Program-made: the position numbers and the translations under genes
Notes under the pieces: generated by a model
Databases searched by the model: none
Seen by the model: the letters and a program-made list of their open reading frames with translations, nothing else
Told to the model about the DNA's origin: nothing
NCBI GenBank assembly: GCA_013265495.1
Contig: MU059418.1
Location: forward strand, 3,022,773 to 3,086,772
Direction of reading: 5' to 3'
Length of the DNA stretch: 64,000 nucleotides
DNA from: Vicugna vicugna
Taxonomy: Eukaryota
Shown: piece after piece, positions 43,801 through 55,800 of the stretch
How positions within the stretch are numbered: the stretch's first letter is position 1
Layout of the letters: each line of letters starts with the position of its first letter

Positions 43801-46800
43801 AAGCATCCAGATTGATGGAACCTGCTCCCCTGTCTAGATTCTCATCTGAGGATGCTGGTGGCAATAAGGACAGGGCCAGGCCTGACACACCTCACCAGGA
43901 AGTGAGGCTGGGGTTAGGTACGTAGCCACAATCTCTCTCGCCTGCCCAGGTCTGAGCTAAAGCCTCTGCAAGATGACCAGGGATCTCCAGCTCCCAGGCG
44001 TGGGGAGCTGTCTCCAGAAGTAATACTGGCCACTGTCTGAGTACTGAGGCCATTCAAGTGAAGCAGAGGGTTTAAGGACACATGACACATTTGACCCCAT
44101 GGTTTGTCTTTATGTTAATGAATGATAAAGTTTACACTAAAATCAATGAATTTTTATCATGAACATAAAGCAATTTAACTCCCTGATAAAGTTTTTCTAT
44201 GACAGTTAAACTGTTTCCTCTTTCTTTGTCCTGAAATTGTATATACTAATATGGATCAGTTCTTTCCCTTGTGGATTTTATAACAATTCATGGGTCAGTT
44301 TTCCTGTTTGTATCCCCCCCTTTTTTTAACCAATTATAGCTTTGGACATTTTGCCCTTCTCTGCTTTATAAATTTTGCTTTCTCTGCATTCAATAAAGGG
44401 AAATTAACTTTTAGTCAGCAGCAAAATATCCTCAGGGTCAAAAGGTCTTGCCTGATAACTCTATAGACTCTTACCATCCCTCAATCACCCGTTAAGCACC
44501 CATGGGAAACCCACTGTTAAAACACAGGGGAAATAGTAGGGCAGTCTGCACTGGCACTTTGAGATGGAGAAGCAGACCAGCTGTCTAGGTCTCGGGACAG
44601 GAGAGCAATACACAGGGCTGGGGGCTGGGGGAGGGGACACCCGACACCCTGGCTCCTCCGGGCCATTACCTCCAGAAGGCCTCGCTTCAGCAGGAACATC
44701 TGGTCTGCATAGGAGGTGGTCCCTCGGAGGAAACTCTCCACAGCCCGGGCTTGCCAAAACCTGCGACCCAAATGTTGACCCCTGGCCCACGTGGCTAAGG
44801 CTGCCCTCTTCTGGCCCATGTTCCATTGACCAAGGGGCTGGGAGACATCTGCTGCCTTTTCATTTACCCAACATTTACTGAACATCTACCAGACATCAGG
44901 CCTCAGACTGGGCACTGGGGACACATCAAGAGTTCTCATCCTCATGGTGCTGACAGCTCAGCAGGGAACAGTCCTTTATGTGGCTCTGTCTGGAAGGAGC
45001 TGTATGTCTCAGAGAAGGCGGCATATAGGATCAAAGGGCTAGCCCAGCGAGTCACATGTGAAAACACAGTCTAGGCTCTTCCCTTTCAGGGGAACAGGAG
45101 GATATAGGAGAGAGGGGCCGGGTATGCAATCAGGACCCCCACACGTGTGTGGATGGGCTACTGAGTTCACATCTGATGGCCTGTCCTACACAAGAGGTCG
45201 GTGATGTTGACTGACCCTGGAGGGCAGAGCTGGGATCCCTGGGGGGAGTCAGGACTAGGCAGGCTGAGCTGACGGGGACCCATGGGCATGGAGCCTACTG
45301 ACACACCCAGCCGTGATGGAATGCCTCCCTCTCCGGCTACTCCAGTCCACAGCCTTTAAGACTCAACTTAGATGAGTCTCAGGAACTCTGAGACACCTCC
45401 CTGTCCACGCCCATCCCACCAGAGCCCAGCTAGGGAAGGGCTTTCCTTTGCTCCCACAGCTCCTGGGACAGGGCCTTTCCATACTGCGATCCACACACAG
45501 GTTTCTTTTCCTGCTTGTTTCCCATAACCCAGGGAACTCCATGTGGGCAGGGACTGTGCCTCCTACTTCTCTTCCACCTGTCCAGCACCAGCACAGACTA
45601 GGTGCTTGGTGAATGCTTGGTCAATTCTTGAAATGCACTGCTGGCACGCAGCAGAAGCTAATAAGTATGTGCTGAGGCAACACAAGGAGAGAGGCTAGTC
45701 AAACGCCCAGCAACCAGAGGTCCGGGGCGGAAGCCATTGATTAAAGGAGGTATTTCTAACAGCATAAGAAACACTTGGCTTTGGGTCCCTCAGGAGTGGC
45801 AGGTGTGTGTCCCAGACCTACCTGAAAGATGACTCGGCTGGCTCCTTCTTCATGACCTGCAGCAGACGAGTTAACAAGCCCCTCTTCCCATCACACACCA
45901 AACTCCTGAAATAAATGGACAGGGACACTGGCAGATTGGAGGGGCTGTTAGGGCCAAAAAACTGTCTTGGGGCCCTGGGGCTGGGTGTCTTTGCTGGTAC
46001 AGGTGGGGACATGAGGACACTTCCAAACCTGCAGGATGTCCTCCTGCTCTACCTGGGTCGAGAGCACCCCAAGGATCATGCAGTCTCAGGAAAGAACAGT
46101 CAAATGCACTCGCACCGCACCTCGGGCCAGCTTTCCCTCCCCAGACGCACTGACACGTGATCAGAGACCAGAAACACATCCAGAGTCACACAGGGTTCAG
46201 AACTGCTGGAGGGAGGGCTGTTGACAACAAAAGTGGGTTGAAACACCACAGAAGAGTCTAGCAGATGGGGCAAAGTCAATGACTATTGGGGGACAGGCTG
46301 GGAGTACCCTGAGCCCCAGGCTGAGCTCCAGCTGGCACTGGACAAGTACCCAAGCTTTTGGGCCTCCGAGTCCTGGTCTAGGAAGCAAAGACAGTAAATG
46401 AGGAAACGACTCAGGCTGCATCATGGGGGAGAGAGGATCAAGGAGGCAGGGCTTCTGAGCCTTTAAATTCCCTCTTCAAATAGGGTAGCTCTACTTTTAT
46501 CCACTCCAGGCATCAGGGTGGGGCTGTATTCAATCTCACTGAACAAAGAGTTCTGCTGCCTTAAACACAAAACAAAAGGCTGGAGAATTACAACTACTAT
46601 TGCTGGATATAATTCCCTCTGCCCTGACCCCTGTGGAGCCTGTGACCTCCCTGATCTGCTCTAGAAAGTGAGGCAAATATAACCCAGCTGAAGGGACTTT
46701 GCAGAGGGCAAGAAAGGAGAGTGTCAACAAAGGTGAGTGACAAGGGAAGGGACAGAGCACATATGACCTTTGACAGGTGACCTCTCCGAGCCCCTGCTGC

Positions 46801-49800
46801 TCCATCTGTCAAGTGGAGGAGGTGATGGCACCCCGCTCTGAGGGCTGCTGTGGGGCTCCAATGAGATAATGCAGTGATATGAGGACACTGCCTGGCATAC
46901 AGGAGCCCTCGGGATGCCGCAGCGGCACCTGGATGCAGCCGTCTGTGGTCCCCGGGGCACACAGGCAGCCAGGGTGGGCTGTGGGCCACAGCTGCATCCC
47001 ACCCACGCTCACCTGTCAGTGTTGAGGACAGCTTCCACCTCGGGGATGTTGGCCTTGAGAGAGATGGCACTGAGCTCGTTCAGCTCTTGGTTGTTGAGCA
47101 GTAGGTACTTGTTCCTGAAACAAACATTTTGGAGGCGTAAAGGACAGGAGCTGGGGCTGCTAAGTCAACACTGGGCTAGCCCCCTGCCCACTTCCTGTGG
47201 AGAGAATCCAGGAAGTCCCCAGGTACCGCCCCCAACACCACTTACACCGAGCCAGCACTCTCGGCAGGGCACGTGGCCCGCAGCGCTCAGGCTGTGGGAG
47301 CCTCCCTGGCCCCCATGCCCACCCTCTGCTGGCCACAGCCACCAACAAGGTCCCTTTCCTTTGCATCTCTAGGCCTTTTATTTTTTTTGCCACTGAACAC
47401 TACTTAATTTCTCAAAGCCACTTCCAACTCAATGATGTCCAAATCAAACTCATCATTTTACTCCTCAAACCTGGCCCTATTCCAGCATTCCCACCAGTAG
47501 GCCTGAGTCAGCTGTGACACTCCCTCCTCCATCCTTCACATGCTGTCATCGTGAGGACAGAACCAGCTTCCTACATGGTCTCCCCACAGGAATCGATCCC
47601 ACACAGCACCCAGAGCAATCTTCAGGAAACTGGAACCTGACCACGTCACTCCCATTAAAAACATTCCCACAATTTCGCACTGCCGTAGAATACAAAAAAT
47701 CCAAGCTTACGCACATGACTCATCAGATTTAAGAGTCTGATGAAAGCTAGGGACCCAATTCCTCAGAAAAACAGGGACACATTCAGAACATACTGGTGCC
47801 TTTTTCAGAGAGCTGACATACTTCCTGGAGCTCAAGGCCTTCAGTGAACCTCTCAAAGAGTGGTTAACATGATCCAGACCATAGCAGTGAAGTGAAGGCC
47901 CCTGAGGCCACATGTCCCATGAACTTAAAAGAATTTAAAACAATACTTAAAAATCAGGACCTTTCACAAAAATCTTAGTTTCTGGCTTTCCTTGAGGGAA
48001 AAACTCAAAAGCGGTGCAACAGCAGGCCCGGTTTCCTGGACATCAACAGCTGGAAAGAGCTAAGCAGCAGCTGCCTGTGTGTCCCAGCTCCCCAAGGTCT
48101 CCCTAATGCCAAGGTCAAGGGTCAGCTGCCATTCACCCCTTCCCTGCACTGTTTCCTTAAACAGAGGATCATTCTCCTCCATACTCTGCATTGAAGGGTG
48201 AAACATAAAAAATGAGAGGGCAGAATGTGTTTCAGTGAAAATGGGAGAGAGTACATTTCCTCGTGCAGGTGAATAATATTCTATCTGCTCAGTAAGCGAA
48301 CACTCAGCCCACCTGGGCCATTCGAGGTTCCCGCCGGCCCCTGTGAATAGCCACACTGTCCACTCCTGGTTCAGAGAGACAGACGGTGAGAGATGTATTG
48401 ACTCTGAAGAATAACAAGGGGCCAGCAACTTCCTCACTCACTTCCAAGGTGGCCATGAGGGCTAAGGGAAAACTCAGCGTGGTGCCTGGCATAAAGGAAG
48501 CGCTGGACAAGCGGCAGCTCTTGTTAGTGTCATGGAAGTGCAGCCCCACGTGGTAACACGGAGGTGACCGCGGCTCTCACGGCTCCCAGGTCCTCCTCCT
48601 GAGCTGAGGTCACGGATGCAACAGAGAGGACGCAAGACAGAGGAACGACTCTCCTTCCAGGGATGGCTGTACTTACTCGTGGTGGTCGCTGAAACTCTGG
48701 AGAAGCCTCAAAAACTGTATCTTCAAGGTGATGTCCTAAAATACATGTGCATCCTTGATGTTAAAACCATAGTCACAATGCTCCAAAGGAAAACAAAAGG
48801 CTCTCGTGATAGTCTGGGCATCACTCTGCTCCCCTGAGCCTCTGTCCTCACGCACAGTGAGGATGTCTCTTTAGTCAAAAAACCCTTTGTTGAGACCCAC
48901 ATCTGACCAACAGCAGATTAAGCTAACGTGGACCCCTCCTGTTCAAAACACCCCAACGTACTGGGTAAAAAGTAACAAATTATTTTAAATCTTATGCTTA
49001 ATTCATAAGAAAGAAAGGAAAAACCCCTGGAACTAGAAAAGAAGAAAGGACCGAGTTTAGAGCAGCAAGCACAAGAGCTGATGGCTGGCAGCTATGGGCA
49101 GGGTGGAGAAGTGGAAATGAGACTTATTCATGCCAGCACTTGGGTTTCAATGCTCTGCAGGGACAAGACAGAACCATGGGCCCATGTAAAGCCTGTGGAG
49201 TGTACACATTTGGTGAAAAAAAGGTTAGAAAAACTCCACCTACCAGCTTAGAGAGCTGGCAAAGAAGCCTGCCTCTGCCAGGGTGCTGCTGTGGTGCAGA
49301 GGAACCCCCAGGTCCCAAAGAGGACCCTGGGCTCACGCTACTAGGGCAGGAGAGCAAAGATACTCAACGTGAAAACCTGCCCTGGGACACCGGGCCCTTG
49401 CTGAAGTTCCCGACAGACAAAAGTAAAATGTTCTGTAGAAATACTTCCAGGGCCCGGCTACACAGGTACTCACAGGGAAAACAAGTCCCATGAAGGTGAC
49501 CTCTCTTTAAACATTACAGAACACCAACCAACACTCCACTTGGGAGGTGAGTCTGGCGACTCAGACAAGATTAGTACCCCATAGCAATCCAAAAAAGACC
49601 ATAAAAAGAGCATGTTTTATGAATAATTACAGAGATAAAGATTTAAGAGATAAAATATAACAGAAGAACAAAATAGTAATAAATGAAGAAAAGACCAAGC
49701 AGTTTTTGACAAATTTCCAGACAGAATGTCTAGAAATGCAGAATACATTCACCTGAGGTTAACTCAAAGGATGGGCTGAAAGTCCAGTCTGACAAAACCA

Positions 49801-52800
49801 AAGAGAAAAATGGCAAACCGGGAGATACAGCACTGAGGAGAGTCCCTAGAACATGGCCTGGAGACCAGAGAGGACCCATGGCACAGGGCCCTGACAGCCG
49901 TGTGGCACTCTCCCCCTTGTGCTGATGGCCAGTGGTCTTTTTGCGAGAAACAGAGGCTCAGAGATTCAGTGACTCATTCAAGCACTCCCAAAAAGCTGAG
50001 TGGCACAGCTGGCCTCCTGACTCCCAGTTCAGCACTCTCTAGGGCACCGTTTGAGAGATCAGGTAGAGGTGAGCCCATGGCCCTTAAAAAAAGAAAATAT
50101 CCTAAAGCACTTCATGATTCTAGAAGGAGTGGAGTAGGTGGCCCTGTCTGGAGGGAAGTGAGCACCCCGTCCCAGAGGTGTGCAAGGGGAAGCTGACTGG
50201 AGGGCCTCAAAAGGGACTTCTGGGTAGGTGGAGGGTGGGGTCACATCCTTCCCCAAGGTAGCTTCCAGTTACGGGATTACACAGACTGACTTTCAGTTTC
50301 TGTTCTACTCTTAAAGAATGGCTTTTCCTGGCAAGTAAAGTCCATCTGTTGTTGGGGTCCCTGCTCACCGGGCTACAGTCACAGTTCTGGTTGTGACCGT
50401 GGAGGACAAGGGCAGATGCTGAATGCTTCCTCCAAATCAGCTTGTCAAACAAATTATTCAGCCCAGGGATCAGCTTGAATTCTGCGATCATTCTGTGAAC
50501 CTGGACAGGGTAGGAAGGTAAAAGCATTAAGACAAATGTGCTGTGAAGATCTACCAAAGCCTCAGCATGTATGATGCTTCTTCAGGACAAAGAAAGCCAC
50601 AGTCGGTCGGGATTGCTGAGGTTTAAAGAAAACATCCACACTCACTCCACCCCTCACCACTGCTCCCACTACACACAAACACACCTTTAAACTCTTTAGA
50701 GGGAGATATTAATAACTGGTAAAATTAGATGCTTCATGGAAGAACCCGAATGTTCAGGATCAGAGGGGAGAAAAGGTTCACTGATACTTATTTATACCTT
50801 TTTATACAGAACTATGTGAATTATTGATTTATTAAAAAATTTTTTTATACAACATAAAACAAAGTTATCACTACTTCTCAGGGCTGTCTGCTACAGATAA
50901 AGTCAGGAGCACAGCGGCAGCGACCACCAACTCCCATTTTACAAGGGGAAAGGGAAGCTCAGCAGGGCTGACGTGGGCCGGGGTGGAAATGTCACCCTAA
51001 CTCAGGTGTTCTGGTCTGAAAGTCTGTCCTTTCCCAGTCTACCACAGGCTGGAATTTATCTTGAGAGACTAGAATATGACCAAGCTATGGCTCTGGGCAC
51101 CATTCTTCTCTGAGCCCGAGTCCCTGCATGGAAAATGAAGGATGATGAAGCTGTACGCGAAAGGACTCATGAAGGCGTGTGGTGAAAGCGCAGGGTCAGA
51201 GTTACAGGAAGCGCTAAAAAAGTGACTGCTGTATTACTCTCATTAGCACCAGAGGGATGGAACTTACGACATCTGGTGAGCATTTCCAGCCTAGTGATTT
51301 CAAGTTAGCCAAGACTGGTCAGAGAACCTGGCCCGAATCCACAATAATAAAGCCATTCCAAGGAGAGCTCTCCGTGAGGCCTGGTCAGAGAAACCTCTCC
51401 TCTTGCTGTCCTAGTCTAGACAAAGTCTGTGAATCCATGTTTCCATGGTGCCTGGCACACAGTAGGAACTCAGTAAATGCTGAGTGTGCAAATGAGGACA
51501 TGCCGGCACAACACTGGTTCTCAGTAAGGCGGGATTCTGAGGTCAGCTGACGGCCCTCCCAAGGAAGCAGTGGCTCCAGTCATAGTTTAACTAAAGACCA
51601 CAGTGATTCACTACAAACTTGCTAACAGGAAGGCTCAGGGAGCAGGAACTGTTGTGGTGAGGGGACAGAAGAGTCAGGGCAGCAGAGTTTAAATCCTGGC
51701 TCTACACACCTGGAGACTGAGAGCACGGCCCTTTTCTGTAACCTGGTTTCTCAAGCACCAAGTGCGGTGGGGGTCACCACCTGTTGTATAACTTAACCAA
51801 AACCCCCCAAATTCAAAAATGAATGACCATAAAAGAGCCTCAAAAAAGTAAAAGCCCTCAACACATGTAAGACATCATGACTGGTATTTTTATAAGAAAT
51901 ATATCTCACACAGAAGGAAGAAGCCCCAGGGCTGTGGACATCAGGGTAGGATCTCATCTGATGTTCTAGATTTAAATACTAACCACAGGCTGATAACCCC
52001 CAACTCCAGGTGCAGGTAACCCAAGTGCCAATTCAAACAGATATCTAAACCTAACTTGTTCCAAATGAACTCCTCACCTTCCCCTCTAAGCCTGCCCTCC
52101 ACTTCTTACCCACCAGTCTTAACCATCTCAATAAATGGCAAATCCATCTTCCTACCAGCTTAAGCCAAAAATCTTGGAAAGAGTTAAGGAAGTTACCTTT
52201 AACTCCTCTCTCCACTTAGGCTCACATCTGACCTATCAGCAAATCCCACCTGTTTTGCCTTCTACATAAATCCAGAAGGCAAGCACTTCTCACCAGTCCT
52301 AGCACCAGCACGCCAGCCCCAGCCACCACCATCTCTTTCACACAACAGCCAGAGCATGACTTCCCATTTCACATAAACACCAAAGTCCTCAAAGGGCCTA
52401 TGAAAGCCCCCGCTGCGACCCAGCCCCGCTGTGACCCTCAGCCTCCTCTCCTCACTGCTTCTGCCAGTCCCTCCCCCAGCTTCCTTACTGTTCCACCAAC
52501 CCACCAGGCACACTCCCACCTTAGGGGCCAGCTTCCCCCACTGGGTAGGCTGCCTCGGGGATTGGCAGGTCTGGCTCCCTCATCTTCCTCAGGATACTGC
52601 CATGCCAGATGTCACCTCATGCAGCCAGTCTTTCTGGCTTCCCTCTCTAAACTTGCTCCTAACTTGATAACTGCACCCAGCTCACTCAGAGCTGTGTGAG
52701 TGCAGCATCTGACTCAAAAAGGTACTCAAGGATTCACTGTTGAGTGCCCAGTTCCCCCTTCCCTTATTCCCGTCTCCTTCCATGCCTCATCTCACCCCCA

Positions 52801-55800
52801 GGAGAATGGTGCAGGGAGCAAGAGAGGACCACTGCTCTGTCCAAACAGGAGTGCCGCACCGTTCCAGACCAGAACAGGAGTGCCACACCCTTCCACTCTC
52901 CTTCTCCTCCTTGCTCCTCCCTCTGGGAACTGCCTCATGCTCAGGGAACCTCAGCATGTCTGGAGCGCCCCCATAGCTGTCTAGTTTTCATAACTTGATA
53001 AAGCTCTGGCCCACCACCTGGAACGCTGACAAGACTGGCCACTCCTCCAGTGCATCTACAGGACAGTCATCTTGCCAGACATCGGCCCTTCGTTCTGCTC
53101 ACTAACAAGGTCAGCTAACAGGACCAAGCTGCCCACTCTGCCCTGGGCACCAATGCTGTCTAGAAATGCTGCCCATGGCAAGGCGCAGTGAGAAGACTAT
53201 GACCTCTGGAATCAGACTGGCTTCCTGACGTGTAAAACAGGGATTAGGAACACAATCTCTCACTCTGCTGGGCTAGAGACACAGCCACTTTGAGAGGCAG
53301 CCTAACGGAGTGCCTGGCACACCTCGAGGGCCAGGAAGCACCTGCTCCTGGCCCCTCCTGTTCTGAGATGGTGGGGGTCCCACCTGGTTTCGCTGACGCC
53401 CCATCAGCAGCACGCAGAGGACATAGAGCACTTCCAGTTTGTACATGATCTCATGCATAATCTTCATTGACTGAGGCAGCTGGGTCCTAGTTGAAGTGTG
53501 AGGCAGGCCATTCTCCTCAGACGCCCCTGGAGGAGGGAACACAATGGAGGCTGAGACAGCCACCAGGAGAAAGGGTTCAAGTCACTGCTTTGAGGAAACA
53601 TGCTTCTGCCCCTCAAGCTTGCTCTCAACAGGCCATTAGACTGGGTCCTGAACCCATGACAGAGACTTTGAAAGCCACAAAGCTCCCTCCAGGCCTCCAG
53701 GGGCAGAAGTTTAGAAACTTAGGAACATGGACTCTAATTCTACCCCATTAACTTTAACACACAGTAGAAATATTCTGACACAGCCCACAGTAACGTGGTC
53801 CATCCCTCCCCCCATATGCCTTTCTCCTGCCATCAGACCCCGGCCCCCTCCACCCTCCACCCCTACCCCAGCGAAAGTGCCCAGATGTCTAGGAGCAAAT
53901 TGTGTCAAATTCTCTTCAGGTCACAAATGACTCTGAATACCTCTGCATAGGTTCCACCGCTAAAAGACTAAAAGGGATCCTTTTTGAAGATTTTTTTCCT
54001 CTTCTTTTTTAAAGAAGAACCATCTAAAGTTTCCTAAGGTTCAACTCCCTAAAGCAGACTAGGCGTCACAATTGCTACTAGTGATACAGATGAACACTTC
54101 ATCTACTAGCAGATTTTACTTCCATCCAATTTCAGTGTTAGTAACAGCAGGAGCAGCTACACAATACTTAGGGAACACTTCATATGTGTCAGGCACCGTG
54201 TCTGGGCTTTAGGTAAACCATCTCATTTATTCTACTACCCCGTTGACAGAACAGCCTCAGTGGGTCACGCAGGCCACGGTGGAGTGTACTCTTGGGAACA
54301 TGGTGGAGCAAAGTGACGAAGACTGAGGGCTCTGGAATGACAACTAGCTGGCTGTTCGACACTGGGCAAGTCACCTCCTCACCAGGCTTTCAAGCGCTCT
54401 GTAACACGGGAAGAACAGTAGTGCAGTGGTCGGCTAGGTCCCCATGAGGAGTGAGAACTCAAGGAAGTCCAGCGCCTGAATCCTGGGAAGCCTCACTCTT
54501 AGGTCCCTGTTGTGTTAAAAGGTCAGAGTAGGGAGACTTTAGGAGTTACTTCCTCTCAGTTTTCCCCATCTTTAAGGTGAAAGGATGAATCAGTTACTAT
54601 TAAGGTCCTTTCAAGCATCTACTGGAACTGCTGCCCTAGAGGCTTTTGTGAAGGCCAGAAAATCGGTGTGGTACAGGGCAGTGGTTATGAGACATTCGGG
54701 TAAGGCATGTGCAGAGTCATGATTCCCATACGGTGACATCATGACATAAGAACCTAACTTCCTGCACCCTACAGACATGAACTATCTTTTCCAGCCATGT
54801 TACGTCACTAGTATAAAATCACAACGCTGGAAGAAGACCAGCCGCTGAGAGAAGTATGACTGAGAGGCAGCACAGCCCAGTGGTTACGCACACTCTCTTG
54901 GAGCCAGACTGCTGGATCTGAAGCCCAGTTCTCCCATTCACTAGCTGGGTGGCTCTGGATAAATTTTTTGACGTCTCTGTGCTCCAGTATTCATTCTCAT
55001 CAGTAAAACATGGATAATGGCAACAGTACCCATCTCTCACCAATGTTACAAAGAGTAAATGATTTAATATGCTGAAAGTGCATAAAAAGTGTCAGGCACA
55101 TGTACACAACATATGTTAACCAGAAATGAAAAACTAACTCTGAGTTCTGCTAATGCTTGCTTGCTATTTGTTTTCTTCCTTTTAATCTTATTTCCCTGCA
55201 TGCTGGGAGAAAAACCATAATTACTCAATTTCCGCGTTGGGACTCCTTGGCCTAGCTCCCAGGACAGTGGGAGTCAACTGATTCGTAAAGAGAATCTGAA
55301 GAGCTATCACGTGGAACCCTGCCTTGTCTGCACACGCCATGCAGCCTCCAGAGCCTCAGCGTCCTGAGCAGCCAGCTCAGGGGCCTGGCCACAGCGGAAG
55401 GGGCTGTGCGTGGACGGAGGAGGTGCAGCACACGGCACGTATGCGCTCTGCAGTAATAAACATCTGTGGAGACGGAGAGACACAGGCAGTCTGGACTCTT
55501 CCGCCCAACACTGCCAACTCTGGGTGCCTGTTTTTCCTTTTTTTGACTAACTACCCAACTAGAACCTCTAGTACAATGTTGAATAGAAGTGGTAAGAGCA
55601 GACATCCCTCTCTTGTTCCTGATCTTAGAGAGGGAAAAGTTTTCAGTCTTTGGCCATTAAGCATAATGTTAGCTGTGGGGTTTTGTAGATGACCTTTAAC
55701 AGGTTGAAGAATTCCCTTCTATTTCTAGGTTTGAATGTTTCATCATAAAGGAATGTGTTATCATGAAGATCAGGTTTTGTCAAATGCTTTTTCTGCATCT

